This document shows, piece by piece, positions 37,121 to 46,981 of a stretch of DNA of 64,000 nt. Position 1 is the stretch's first letter. Every line of letters starts with the position of its first letter. The notes under the pieces are model-generated. The model was not told the origin of the DNA and made no database searches. It saw nothing but the letters and a program-made list of their open reading frames with translations. This stretch comes from Vicinamibacteria bacterium (GTDB lineage: Bacteria; Acidobacteriota; Vicinamibacteria; Marinacidobacterales; Marinacidobacteraceae): contig OY821641.1 in assembly GCA_963555995.3 (NCBI GenBank), positions 1,152,001 through 1,216,000 on the forward strand. The letters run 5' to 3'. Position numbers and translations under genes: made by a program.

Positions 37121-37198
37121 GACAGCGTTCTTGGCTCGTTGGCGGTGCGCGGCAGTCCGATTTGCCCTGGATTCGCTCCGCGAACTTACAATCTCCCC

Positions 37199-38116
37199 AT
37201 GCGTACTTTCCCCGGTTCCGGTCCCCTGCTCGCCATCCTGCTGCTCACCGGAACCGCCTGTACGAGCGGTCCCCCGCCGTTCGACGAAGCCGCCTGGCTG
37301 GAAGGGGAGGAGGCGTACCGCCAGCGGGTCGAGGAAGAACTCACGGCGGACCGGAGCTGGTTGACGGTGGCCGACCTGCACTTCCTCACTGTCCGCGATC
37401 ACGTCGTCGGCAGCGGCGAGGACGCCGACCTGCGCCTGCCCGACCGGTTCCCCGAGGTGGCGGTGACGGTCTCCTGGACGGCGGAGGGCAAGGCGATCGC
37501 CCGCGTGGCCGAGGGAGTGACCGCCACCGTGGGAGGCGAGCCGTTCACCGAAGGCGAACTCGTGCTGGGCGAGGACGGCGCGCTCCACCTCGATGACCGC
37601 CTCTGGTTCTGGCTTCACTACAGCGGCGAGCGCCGGGCCCTCCGACTGCGCGACCTCGACAACCCGCTGCGCGCGAACTTCACCGGCCGGAAGTGGTTCC
37701 CGCTGGATTCCCGGTTCCGCGTGGCCGGCGCCTTCGAGCGCTTCGCCGAGCGGCGGCGCGTGGAGGCCATCAACATCCGCGGGGACATCGAGGAGTACGT
37801 CTCCGACGGCGAGTTCGTCTTCGACTGGGAAGGGCAGGAGGTCCGGATGCTGGCCTTCACCCGTGCGAACGGCAACCTGTTCTTCGTCATATCGGATGGC
37901 ACGAGCGGCGCGGAGACCTATCGTTCGGCGCGTTTCCTGACCGCGCCGCCCCCCGAGGACGGACGCGCCGTGGTGGACTTCAACCGCGCCGTGAATCCGC
38001 CCTGCGGCTTCAACGCCTTCACCACCTGTCCCACGCCCCCGCCGCAGAACCGGCTGCCCATCCGCGTCGAAGCCGGGGAACTGGCATACCACCCCGCCTT
38101 CGCGAACACCGACTGA
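37199..38116 (+). CDS. DUF1684 family lipoprotein
   Basis: Lipobox-like TGTAC; SWLTV, SDGTSGAETYRSARFL, VDFNRAVNPPCGFN, TCPTPPPQNRL, AGE. Confidence 0.85.
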   Translation: MRTFPGSGPLLAILLLTGTACTSGPPPFDEAAWLEGEEAYRQRVEEELTADRSWLTVADLHFLTVRDHVVGSGEDADLRLPDRFPEVAVTVSWTAEGKAIARVAEGVTATVGGEPFTEGELVLGEDGALHLDDRLWFWLHYSGERRALRLRDLDNPLRANFTGRKWFPLDSRFRVAGAFERFAERRRVEAINIRGDIEEYVSDGEFVFDWEGQEVRMLAFTRANGNLFFVISDGTSGAETYRSARFLTAPPPEDGRAVVDFNRAVNPPCGFNAFTTCPTPPPQNRLPIRVEAGELAYHPAFANTD

Positions 38117-38122
38117 CACCCC

Positions 38123-38527
38123 TTGGGCGTAGGCATCGCGGTGGCCCTCGACCGTGAGGTCGCCGGGGTCGCTCCCGAGGAGTTCGAGGGGTACGCCCTC
38201 AATCAGGCGCGCTGGGAACTCTCGGAGGCAGCGGAGGAGGCCGGCCTGCGGCCGCTCGACGAGTTCGTGAGCCTGAGTCCGGAAGAGTCCGAGATCCTTG
38301 CCGACGACCTCAACTTCGACTCGGACGTGGACGCGGCGACTCCGGCGGGATGGTTTGACCCGCGCGACGGACTTCGCCTGGTCCAGAGCCTGCTCGGGAC
38401 GGTCTCCCAGGACCCGGACGCCTTTCCGGGCGAGGACACGCTGGTCACCGAACTCACCGAACTGGAAGCGGTCCTGTCGGCGGCCGCCCGGGCGGGCGCG
38501 CGGTTCCGCTTGTCGGTGGCCTACTGA
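38123..38527 (+). CDS. Hypothetical acidic protein
   Basis: Coding-like codon bias, follows DUF1684 by 6 nt; WFDPRDGL motif; no family recognised. Confidence 0.65.
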   Translation: MGVGIAVALDREVAGVAPEEFEGYALNQARWELSEAAEEAGLRPLDEFVSLSPEESEILADDLNFDSDVDAATPAGWFDPRDGLRLVQSLLGTVSQDPDAFPGEDTLVTELTELEAVLSAAARAGARFRLSVAY

Positions 38528-38548
38528 CCCCGTGGGTGCGTTTCCGGC

Positions 38549-39034
38549 TCAGGCGGTGCGGGCGCTGAACTTCGCCGTCAGCCAGGTGATGAGGCCGCCG
38601 AGGGTCATCGTCCAGATGCCGACCCAGAAGACGAGCTGCGCTACCACGCCGCCGGAAAACCACTGCGCCAGCGGGCTCATGCCGTCCATTTCCGGCGGAT
38701 AGGCGTCGTAGTGGGTGCCCCAGTCGCCGAGGGTGGCGAACAGCATGATGAGGATCACGGGAATCCGGGCGCCGAGCGCATAGACGAAATTCGTCCGGAT
38801 GGCGGATAGCAACGCCGTATCCCCGGCCTGGGCGAGCCGCCTGCCGAACCAGACCGCGAAGATGGGCGACAGCCAGACGATCCCGATGATGGCGCCGGCG
38901 CCCCCAGCCTCGCGGTTCACGAGGACGTCGGGCAGGCCGCCGAGGGCCCCGAGCAGGCGGAGCGCGGTGACCGCGAGGGTGATCAGGACCGGGGTGCGGA
39001 CGAGCGCCCAGGCGGAGGAAAAGGAAGTCGGCAT
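38549..39034 (-). CDS. Hypothetical integral membrane protein (about 4 TM)
   Basis: MPTSFSSAWALVR...; hydrophobic segments and a WGTHYD motif. Confidence 0.65.
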   Translation of the reverse strand: MPTSFSSAWALVRTPVLITLAVTALRLLGALGGLPDVLVNREAGGAGAIIGIVWLSPIFAVWFGRRLAQAGDTALLSAIRTNFVYALGARIPVILIMLFATLGDWGTHYDAYPPEMDGMSPLAQWFSGGVVAQLVFWVGIWTMTLGGLITWLTAKFSARTA

Positions 39035-39151
39035 CGAAGGGGCTCCTGTTTCCGGAGCAACCTCCGGACCGAGTGGCATCCGCCAGGGTGGGCGGGTCTC
39101 GAAAAGAGACGGGATTCTGGCAGACTTTGTTCCCTCCCAAGGAGGAATTCG

Positions 39152-40759
39152 ATGCTTCGCTCGCTGACCCCGGTGGCCTCCGCCGCCGCTCTCGCGGCGG
39201 CCCTTGTGTTCGCCGGCTGCGGCGGCGCGCGGTTCGACGAGGACCGCCTCCTCGCGTACATCTCCACGCTGTCCTCGGACGAGTTCGGCGGACGGGCGCC
39301 GGCCTCTCCCGGCGAGGAAAAGACCGTCGCCTTCCTGACCGCCGGGTTCGAGGAACTCGGACTCGAACCCGGCAACCCGGACGGGACCTGGGTCCAGGCG
39401 GTGCCCCTCGTGGGGTCCACCGCGATCACCATGCAGGCTTCTTCGGACCCGGGCGGCGACTGGGAGCCCGCGGTGGACTTCGTCGCCTGGACGAAGCGGA
39501 TGGCGCCCGAGGTCAGCGCCTCCGGGCAACTGCTCTTCGTCGGCTACGGCGTCCAGGCGCCGGAATACCGGTGGGACGACTTCGGAGACACCGACCTCGC
39601 CGGCAAGATCCTGGTCGTGCTGGTGAACGACCCGCCGGGAGAGCACCACTTCGGCGGCGACGCGATGACCTACTACGGCCGCTGGACCTACAAGTTCGAG
39701 AAGGCCGCCGCGATGGGAGCGCTCGGAGCGCTGATCGTCCACGAGACCGGTCCGGCGGGATACCCGTGGGAAGTGGTGAGCGGGTCCTGGACGGGCGAGC
39801 AGTTCGACCTGCGGACGCCCGGCGGCAACCTGGACCGGCTGGAGATCGAGGGTTGGATATCCCGGGAGCGGGCGGTCTCGCTCTTCCGCGCCGCCGGGCT
39901 GGATTTCGAAGTGGCCCGCCGGGCGGCCGCCCACCCGGACTTCACGCCGATCCCCCTCGACGTCACCGCAAGCTTCGCGCTCGAGACCTCGCACCGCGAG
40001 ATCGCTTCCAACAACGTGGTGGCCCGGATTCCCGGGTCGGAAGCGCCGGGCGAGACGGTCATCTACACCGCGCACTGGGACCACCTCGGCACCGTGCTCG
40101 GGATGGAGGGCGACAACATCTACAACGGCGCCTTCGACAACGCCACCGGCACCACCGGCCTGCTGGCGCTGGCGCGGGCCTTCATGGCCGAGGGAGCGCC
40201 GCGCCGCAGCATCCTGTTCCTCGCGGTGACGGCGGAGGAGACCGGGCTGCTCGGTTCCCGTCACTACGCCCGGAACCCGCTCTATCCGTCGGCGGAGACG
40301 GTCGCGGCCATCAATATGGACGGCATGAACGTCTGGGGCCGCACCAACGACATCACCGTGGTCGGCCTCGGGCAGTCGGAACTGGATGACATTGCGGCGG
40401 CGGTCGCCGCCGAGAGCGGACGCGTTCTGACCCCGGACCCCGAACCGGAGAAGGGCTTCTACTACCGCTCCGACCACTTCGAGTTCGCGAAGGTCGGGAT
40501 TCCGGCGTTCTACCCGGACGGCGGGGTGGACTTCATCGGCAGGCCTCCCGGGTTCGGCATGGAGGCGCGGGCCACCTACGTCTCCGAGGCGTACCACAAG
40601 CCCGGGGACGAGGTGCAGGACTGGTACGACCTCTCGGGGATGGTGGACGACCTCGAGTTCCTCTACCAGATGGGCCGCCGTCTCGCCGACTCGGACATCT
40701 GGCCCGAGTGGAGCGAGACCAGCGAGTTCCGCGCGGCGCGGGAGGCCGACCGGCCCTAG
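39152..40759 (+). CDS. M28 family metallopeptidase lipoprotein with PA domain
   Basis: AGGAGG RBS, lipobox FAGC, YYGRWTYKFE, AHWDHLG, GAFDNATG, TAEETGLLGS, RSDHF, YHKPGDE. Confidence 0.92.
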   Translation: MLRSLTPVASAAALAAALVFAGCGGARFDEDRLLAYISTLSSDEFGGRAPASPGEEKTVAFLTAGFEELGLEPGNPDGTWVQAVPLVGSTAITMQASSDPGGDWEPAVDFVAWTKRMAPEVSASGQLLFVGYGVQAPEYRWDDFGDTDLAGKILVVLVNDPPGEHHFGGDAMTYYGRWTYKFEKAAAMGALGALIVHETGPAGYPWEVVSGSWTGEQFDLRTPGGNLDRLEIEGWISRERAVSLFRAAGLDFEVARRAAAHPDFTPIPLDVTASFALETSHREIASNNVVARIPGSEAPGETVIYTAHWDHLGTVLGMEGDNIYNGAFDNATGTTGLLALARAFMAEGAPRRSILFLAVTAEETGLLGSRHYARNPLYPSAETVAAINMDGMNVWGRTNDITVVGLGQSELDDIAAAVAAESGRVLTPDPEPEKGFYYRSDHFEFAKVGIPAFYPDGGVDFIGRPPGFGMEARATYVSEAYHKPGDEVQDWYDLSGMVDDLEFLYQMGRRLADSDIWPEWSETSEFRAAREADRP

Positions 40760-40938
40760 CAGCCTGTGGACAAAGTCACGAGGCATTCAAACGCCGATGC
40801 ATCCCGGCTGAACCACGCCTCTATGAGGCGCTCTGCGTTGCGTTTCGGTCGGAATACACCCGGTATTCCTCCCTCACGCGCCTTGTCAGCCGGGCGCCTC
40901 GGCGTTCTCGGTGCTCACGTCACTTTGTCCACAGGCTG
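40760..40938. mobile_element. 179-bp MITE-like element (copy 3), followed by a REP at 40959-40981
   Basis: CTAG|CAGCCTGTGGACAAAGTCAC ... GTCACTTTGTCCACAGGCTG|CCAG; same length as 7630-7808. Confidence 0.85.
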
Positions 40939-41045
40939 CCAGGCCGCGCTACCGGCTTGGAACGCCGGCTTCAGCCGGCACCGCGGCGCGTAGCGCCGCG
41001 AAGCGCGTAACGCTCAATGGTTCGGGGCGTGCGGCACTGCTCTTC

Positions 41046-41762
41046 CTACGCCGCGCCCGTCCGTCTCCGCCACCAGTCCGTGACCAGGAACGGCGACAGG
41101 ACCACGAAGAACATCGCGAGGCCGACCACCGCCAGGATCGGCAGGTACCAGGGCCACGGCGCCGCGAAGAAGGGTGACACGGTGCCGGGTGGCGGCCCCG
41201 AGAGCCACATGAAGTTGGAGCCGAGCAACAGATTGGCTACGGCCACGAACGCGGCGAAGGCGGCCAGATAACCGAACGCCCGGAACATTCCACGGAGTGT
41301 CGGCCTCATGCCGAGGCCCCAGGTGGCGAAGAGCACCCCCGTCACGATGCCCGAATGGGCGACGAAGTACTGGAAGAAGCGGTACTGAGGGAAGTCCACC
41401 GCCAGCCCGCCCGGAGTGAGAACCGCGTTGGCCGCGCCGACCAGACCCCAGAAATAGACGATCTCGTAGGCCTTCCCGTTACGGCAACACAGCGTCCATG
41501 CCGTCAGCCACGTCGCGACGCCGCAAAGGTGAAGGGGCATGTGGTTGTGGATCCAGCCGTCCAGCCCGATCTGGCTGATCCGGATCGTCCAGTAGGTGAG
41601 CTCGTTCGCGAGCAGCATCCCGGCGAGGAGCCAGGCGATGACCTTCGGCGCCGCGCCGCCGAGCCGCCGGGCGATCGCCGCGAGCAGCGCCGGTAGCGCC
41701 AGGGTCAGCACCATCGCCACCAAGTGTGGCGTTCCGAACGTCTCGAAGCCATTGGCGTCCAT
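41046..41762 (-). CDS. YwaF/TIGR02206 family integral membrane protein
   Basis: FGTPHL, MPLHLCG, YFWGL, FFQYFVAHS, GSNFMWL, PWPWY. Confidence 0.82.
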   Translation of the reverse strand: MDANGFETFGTPHLVAMVLTLALPALLAAIARRLGGAAPKVIAWLLAGMLLANELTYWTIRISQIGLDGWIHNHMPLHLCGVATWLTAWTLCCRNGKAYEIVYFWGLVGAANAVLTPGGLAVDFPQYRFFQYFVAHSGIVTGVLFATWGLGMRPTLRGMFRAFGYLAAFAAFVAVANLLLGSNFMWLSGPPPGTVSPFFAAPWPWYLPILAVVGLAMFFVVLSPFLVTDWWRRRTGAA

Positions 41763-41980
41763 CACCGGGGCGCCGGCAACCGGAAGCGGCGACGGCGCAC
41801 GTCCTCCAGATCGCCGACCCAGCCCGATCCACGAAGACGCCGGGCCTCATCAAGGGGCAGGGGTTCGGCGGCGAGCAGGCGGAGCGCCAGGTTGACGGCT
41901 TCCCGTTTCGAAGTCAGCCGATAGCGGCGCATGACGGTGGCGCAGGCCTTGTCATCGATGTCCACGGTGGTGCGTGACAC
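41762..41980 (-). CDS. vapB: VapB-family (RHH) antitoxin, no cognate toxin adjacent
   Basis: SRTTVDIDD...VMRRYRLTSKREAVNLALR...GSGWVGDL resembles mycobacterial VapB11/VapB15. Confidence 0.8.
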   Translation of the reverse strand: MSRTTVDIDDKACATVMRRYRLTSKREAVNLALRLLAAEPLPLDEARRLRGSGWVGDLEDVRRRRFRLPAPR

Positions 41981-42069
41981 ACACCTACCTTACGCCACGG
42001 CGGGCGCGCGCCAGCGACGGCGTGCAAACCGTCGCCGCCCGCGGTTATGCCTCCGGGGACGACCGTCTC

Positions 42070-44226
42070 TCAGGGGCGGTCGCGCGACATCAGGTAGGCG
42101 TGGACCTGCCAGATCTCGTCGGCCGTGAGCAGTTCCCCGAAGGCCGGCATGTTGTTCTCCTCGATCCCGTCCGCCACGACCTCGTAGAACCGGCGGTGGG
42201 TCAGCCGGCTCCGGAAGACGTTCTCCCCAGCTCCGGGGCCGGCCAAGTGGCATCCGATGCACGCCGAGCGGTAGATCCGTTCGCCGGCGGCGACCGCCGC
42301 GTCGTCCGCCAGGAGCGGGTTGGCTTCTGCGCCGGCCGGCGTTTCCGGCGGAGCCGGTGGGGGTGAGGGCCGCAGCGGTTCCCGGCCTTCCGTCGCCGGG
42401 AAGCCATACCCCGGGAGCACCCGGCCGCCGAGCGTGGCCCCCGGCTCGCCCACCCGGGGCAGCCCGCCCGGCAGGGTGACCAGGTTTGTGCCCGCCTGCT
42501 CGCGCACCGGTCGGGCGCCGTCCAGCGCGAACACCCAGAGGTTCCCGGCCTTCGGCTCGGTGTAGTAGAAGGTCATGTCGCCGCCGATCCCCCCGGAGGG
42601 GACCGCGACGTACTGGACGCCGTCGAGCTCGTAGGTGATGGGGCTCCCGATGATCCCGGAGCCGGTCTGGAACTGCCAGAGCACCTCGCCGCTCGCGCCG
42701 TCAATGGCCATGAAGTAGCCGCGCATGTCGCCGGTGAAGACGAGTCCGGTGGAGGTGGCCACCGCCCCCGCCCAGAAGGGAGCGGGGCTCACGACCCGCC
42801 AGAGCACCTCGCGGTTCACCACGTCGAACCCGACGAAGTTCCCCGGGTTCTCGCTCGTCAGGTACTGCTGGTAGTCCGCGCCCAGGTACCACTGCCCGAG
42901 CGTCGGGGGCTCGAACTCGTCCTCCGCCCAGAACCGGTATCCCATCGCCCACTGGTTCGACATGAAGTAGAGCGCCTGGCGCTCCGGGTTGTAGGCCAGC
43001 GGCTGCCAGTCGATGGCGCCCTCGAGGCTCGGGATGATCGGCCCCACCTCGGGCCCTCCGGACTCCGCCACCATGTCCGGGTTCACGTCCGGGCGGCCGG
43101 TCTCGGGGTCGAGTCCGAAGGCCCAGTTGATGCCCGGGACGATGGGGTCGCCGTAGAGGAAGCGGCCGTTCGTCCGGTCGAGCGCGTAGAAGAAGCCGTT
43201 CTTGTCGTGGTGGAAGAGCGCCTTCACCGGACCGTGACCCGGCAGGGTGACGTCGGCGAGCACCGGCGTGCTGACGGCGTCGTAGTCCCAGCAGTCCCAG
43301 GGGGTGTACTGGAAACCCCAGCGAATGCTCCCGTCGCCGGCGTCCATCGCGATGGTGGCCGCGGTCCACTGGTTGTCGCCCTTCCGCACCTGGCAGTTCC
43401 AGGGGGCCGCGTTTCCGGTGTTCCAATAGACGAGGTTCAGCTCGGGATCGAAGACGCCGGTGGTCCAGGTGGGTCCGCCGCCGTTCTTCCAGGTGTCGCC
43501 CGGCCACGTCTCGTTCCCCGGCTCGCCCGGGCCCGGGATCGTGTAGGTCGTCCAGCGGGGTTCCCCGGTGGCGGCGTCGTACGCCTTCACGAAGCCGCGC
43601 ACCCCGTACTCGCCGCCCGCCATCCCGGTGAGGACCATCCCGTTCACTACCAGCGGTGCGCCGGTGATGCTGTAGCCGTGTTCCCAGTCGGCGACCTCGA
43701 CCTCCCAGGCCACCGCGCCGGTGTCCTTGTGCAAGGCGACCAGCCGGGCGTCCATGGTGCCGACGAAGACGAGGTCGCCGAAGAGGGCCACCCCGCGGTT
43801 GATCGAGCCGCAGCAGAAGACGCGCTCCACCTCCACGCCGATCTCGGGGTCGTAGCCCCACAGCTTCCCGCCGGTGCGGGCGTCGATCGCGAAGACGCGG
43901 GATTCGTCGGCGGACAGGTAGATCACGCCCTCGTGCAGCAGCGGCGTTGCCTCGAGACCCCGGTTCGCGCCGCCGGTGGCGAACACCCAGACCGGATGCA
44001 GGTTCCCCACGTTGTCCGGGGTGATCTGGTCCAGTTCCACGTAGCGGTGGGCGTGGTAGTCCCGGCCGTACATCACCCACTCCGAGGTGTTCCCGCCCGC
44101 GGTTTCGAGATCGGAGGTGGTGACGCCCTGTCCGCGAGCCGCCGGTGGCCAGCAAAGTCCGAGAACGAGCGCCAAGGAAACGCACGCGGCCTGTCCGAAT
44201 CCGCGACGTGACGTGCTTCCCTGCAT
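42070..44226 (-). CDS. PQQ-dependent alcohol dehydrogenase with C-terminal cytochrome c (quinohemoprotein)
   Basis: Signal peptide, EATPL, vicinal CC (FCCGSINRG), GGEYGVRG, GNAAPWN, WDYDA, GEVLWQFQTGSG, heme motif CIGCH, MPAF. Confidence 0.9.
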   Translation of the reverse strand: MQGSTSRRGFGQAACVSLALVLGLCWPPAARGQGVTTSDLETAGGNTSEWVMYGRDYHAHRYVELDQITPDNVGNLHPVWVFATGGANRGLEATPLLHEGVIYLSADESRVFAIDARTGGKLWGYDPEIGVEVERVFCCGSINRGVALFGDLVFVGTMDARLVALHKDTGAVAWEVEVADWEHGYSITGAPLVVNGMVLTGMAGGEYGVRGFVKAYDAATGEPRWTTYTIPGPGEPGNETWPGDTWKNGGGPTWTTGVFDPELNLVYWNTGNAAPWNCQVRKGDNQWTAATIAMDAGDGSIRWGFQYTPWDCWDYDAVSTPVLADVTLPGHGPVKALFHHDKNGFFYALDRTNGRFLYGDPIVPGINWAFGLDPETGRPDVNPDMVAESGGPEVGPIIPSLEGAIDWQPLAYNPERQALYFMSNQWAMGYRFWAEDEFEPPTLGQWYLGADYQQYLTSENPGNFVGFDVVNREVLWRVVSPAPFWAGAVATSTGLVFTGDMRGYFMAIDGASGEVLWQFQTGSGIIGSPITYELDGVQYVAVPSGGIGGDMTFYYTEPKAGNLWVFALDGARPVREQAGTNLVTLPGGLPRVGEPGATLGGRVLPGYGFPATEGREPLRPSPPPAPPETPAGAEANPLLADDAAVAAGERIYRSACIGCHLAGPGAGENVFRSRLTHRRFYEVVADGIEENNMPAFGELLTADEIWQVHAYLMSRDRP

Positions 44227-44434
44227 GGCGTTATCGGATTCTGTCAGGCTCGCCACCACCGACCGGGCCACCCAATTCCATCCAGGGTCCCTGACGAGTT
44301 CCCACGGTCGTGGCGGTGGCGCGCCTGGGCGATGTACGCCGCCACGTTTCGTGGTGGATTTCGTCGGGCGCGCCTGCGAGTACTCCATGCGGGTCGCGTC
44401 ACCGATCGCGATTTCGCCGTCGGGCACCTTCGCG

Positions 44435-45649
44435 CTACTCCGACCGCAGCGCGCCCCAAGGCTCGCGCCGGGCGGCGACGACCGCGGGGTAGATGCCGAA
44501 GACCACGCCCACCGTGACCGAGAAGGCGAAGGCCACCGCGAACGCGGTGAGCGGCGGCGCCCCCAACGGGAGGGACGGCGCGAACGCCGGGGCGAGCAGG
44601 CGGAGCCCCGCGCCGAGGGCCGCGCCCAGCACCCCGCCCGCCAGAGAGAGAAGCACCGCCTCGATGAGGAACTGGGCCACGAGCTGCGAGTGCCCGGCGC
44701 CGATGGCCTTGCGGATACCGATCTCGCGGCTCCGCTCGCGGACCACCACCAGCATCACGTTCATCACCCCGATCCCGCCCGCGAGCAGGCTGATGGCCGC
44801 GAGGGCGACGCCCACCGTGACGACCGCGACCAGCACGCCGCGCACCGAACTCAGCAACGCGTCGAGCGAAAGGATCTGGAAGTCGTCCTCGGCGCGGTCC
44901 GGCAGACCGCGGGCGCGCCGCAGCCCCTCGCGGAGCTGTTCTTCGGCGAGCTCCACTTCTTCCAGCGAGCGGGCGCGGTAGTTGAGTTGGACGGGGGTGG
45001 CGCGCCCCTGACCGAAGCGGTCTTCCGCGGTGGTGACGGGGATGAGGACCGTCTCGTTGGGATCGCCCTGGGAGAAGAGGCCCCGCTCCTGTTCCTCGAG
45101 TTCCCCGACGACGGTGAAGAGCACCCCGTCGAGCAGCAGGCGCTCGCCCACCGGATCGGACGATCCGCCCAGTTCCTCCATGACCGCCGATCCGACGACG
45201 GCGGCCCTCGTCCGCCGCCGCATGTCCTCCGGGTTCAGGAAGCGGCCGCGGGCGAGCGTCTTGCCGCCGACTTCGAGGTGGAGCGGCCCCACCCCGTTCG
45301 CGGCGAGTTCGATCTCCTCGTCGCCGAACGCCACCGTGGGGCGCAGGCTCAGCACCGGATCGAAGGCCGCCACCGCCGACGCCTCGCGAAACGCCGCCTC
45401 CCCGTCGGCCACGGTCAGGAACGAACGGCGGCGGATCACGTCGTCCCGTGGCGGGCTCCACATCACCGTGATGTATCCCGCCCCGAGGTCGCCGAACTGG
45501 TTGGCCACCGACTGGGTGAGGCCGTCCGCCACCGAAGCGACCGCGACCACCGACGCGATCCCGATGGCGACCCCGAGGGTGCTGAGGCCGGACCGGAGGG
45601 GGTTGCGGCGGATGGAGGAGACCCCCATCCGGAGGTTTTCGCGGATCAC
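44435..45649 (-). CDS. MacB/FtsX-like ABC transporter permease
   Basis: RSGLSTLGVAIG, GGIGVMNVMLVVVRERSREIGIRKAIGA, FGIYPA. Confidence 0.92.
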   Translation of the reverse strand: MIRENLRMGVSSIRRNPLRSGLSTLGVAIGIASVVAVASVADGLTQSVANQFGDLGAGYITVMWSPPRDDVIRRRSFLTVADGEAAFREASAVAAFDPVLSLRPTVAFGDEEIELAANGVGPLHLEVGGKTLARGRFLNPEDMRRRTRAAVVGSAVMEELGGSSDPVGERLLLDGVLFTVVGELEEQERGLFSQGDPNETVLIPVTTAEDRFGQGRATPVQLNYRARSLEEVELAEEQLREGLRRARGLPDRAEDDFQILSLDALLSSVRGVLVAVVTVGVALAAISLLAGGIGVMNVMLVVVRERSREIGIRKAIGAGHSQLVAQFLIEAVLLSLAGGVLGAALGAGLRLLAPAFAPSLPLGAPPLTAFAVAFAFSVTVGVVFGIYPAVVAARREPWGALRSE

Positions 45650-46959
45650 CGCCCCGCGCCGCGGTCCGGCGCGCCGTCCACCTCCCGCGCCAGGACCTCG
45701 TCCCCGTCCTCCAGGGTGCGGAGGACGAGGGAAGGCCCGACCACGACCGTCTCCCCGGCGGTGAGTCCGCCGGTGATCTCGACCTCCAGCAGGTCGGAGA
45801 GTCCCGTCTCCACCCGCCGTTCCTCAACCCCGCCGTCCCGTACCACGAACGCGACCTGCCAGCCCCCCGCGGGCTCTTCCCCGTCTCCGCCTCCACCCGC
45901 GCGCCGTCCGGTCCGCGCGCTGATGTCGGTGCCGCCCGCGCCCATCCCGATGGTCAGGGACCGCACCTCGCCGGCGCCCTCGGGAAATCGCCGGAGGAGC
46001 GCCCCGATGGGGACGGCGAGCGCGTCTGCCCGCCGGTCGGTCTCGATCCGCACTTGCGCGCTCATGGACGGCCGGACCGCGGGCGGCGGGTCGAGGAGCC
46101 GGATGCGCGCCAGGAACTCGGCGCCCGGGGCTGCGCCCCCGAACCGCGCCGTCTCGTCACGCTGGCCGACCCGCTGGATCTCGACCACCTCTCCGGCGAG
46201 CACGGTCTCGCCGAGCGCGGTGAGGGTGATCTCGGTGGACTGTCCTTCCCGGACCGCGACGACGTCCACCTCGGGCACGTCCGCCTCGACGAGGAGTTCG
46301 TCGTCGGTGCCGAGCGTCATGATCTTCGAGCCCGGCAGGTTCTGGCTGCTGGCGACCACGAGTTCTCCGGGCTCGAGTTCGACCGAGAGCACCGTGCCCC
46401 GCATCGGGGAGCGGACGACGGTCTTGCGCAGGTCCTCTTCGGCGCGGCGGAGCGCCGAGCGCGCCCGCTCGATGTTCTGGTGGGCCCGTTCCCGACCGTT
46501 GGCGGCCCGGTCGAGCGCGACCGCGGTCTCCTCGACCCGGCGGGCGCTCACCACCCCTTCGGCGTGGAGTTCGCGGGCGCGGTCGTGTTCGCGCGCGGCG
46601 TCCTCTTCCTCGATCCCGGCCCCGGCGAGCGCGGTTTCGGCCTCCCGGACGACCGCCCGCTGCTCTTCGACGATGGGCCGCTGGGTCGCGTCGTCAATGC
46701 GCGCCACGATCTGGCCGGGCTCCACCGGGTCGCCGGGGCGGACCGTGACTTCAAGCAGCCGGCCCACCACCTCCGCCGAGATATCCACGCTCTCGCCGGG
46801 GCGCACCACCCCGGAGGCGTCCACGGTGGCCACGAAGTCGCGCGGGGTCACGGTCCGGGTCTCGACGCGAGCCCGCTCGTCGGCGGGCTCCACGCTGAGG
46901 AGCACGAGCAGGGCGGCGCCGCCGAGGACTGCGGCGGCGAGAAGCAGCTTCTTCGTCAC
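45646..46959 (-). CDS. Efflux periplasmic adaptor subunit (MacA/HlyD-like)
   Basis: VRPGDPVEPGQIVARID, coiled coil, VRSPMRGTV, VETGLSD, GLTAGETVV. Confidence 0.9.
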   Translation of the reverse strand: MTKKLLLAAAVLGGAALLVLLSVEPADERARVETRTVTPRDFVATVDASGVVRPGESVDISAEVVGRLLEVTVRPGDPVEPGQIVARIDDATQRPIVEEQRAVVREAETALAGAGIEEEDAAREHDRARELHAEGVVSARRVEETAVALDRAANGRERAHQNIERARSALRRAEEDLRKTVVRSPMRGTVLSVELEPGELVVASSQNLPGSKIMTLGTDDELLVEADVPEVDVVAVREGQSTEITLTALGETVLAGEVVEIQRVGQRDETARFGGAAPGAEFLARIRLLDPPPAVRPSMSAQVRIETDRRADALAVPIGALLRRFPEGAGEVRSLTIGMGAGGTDISARTGRRAGGGGDGEEPAGGWQVAFVVRDGGVEERRVETGLSDLLEVEITGGLTAGETVVVGPSLVLRTLEDGDEVLAREVDGAPDRGAGR

Positions 46960-46981
46960 GGGGACGCCCTTGGCGGCGGGA

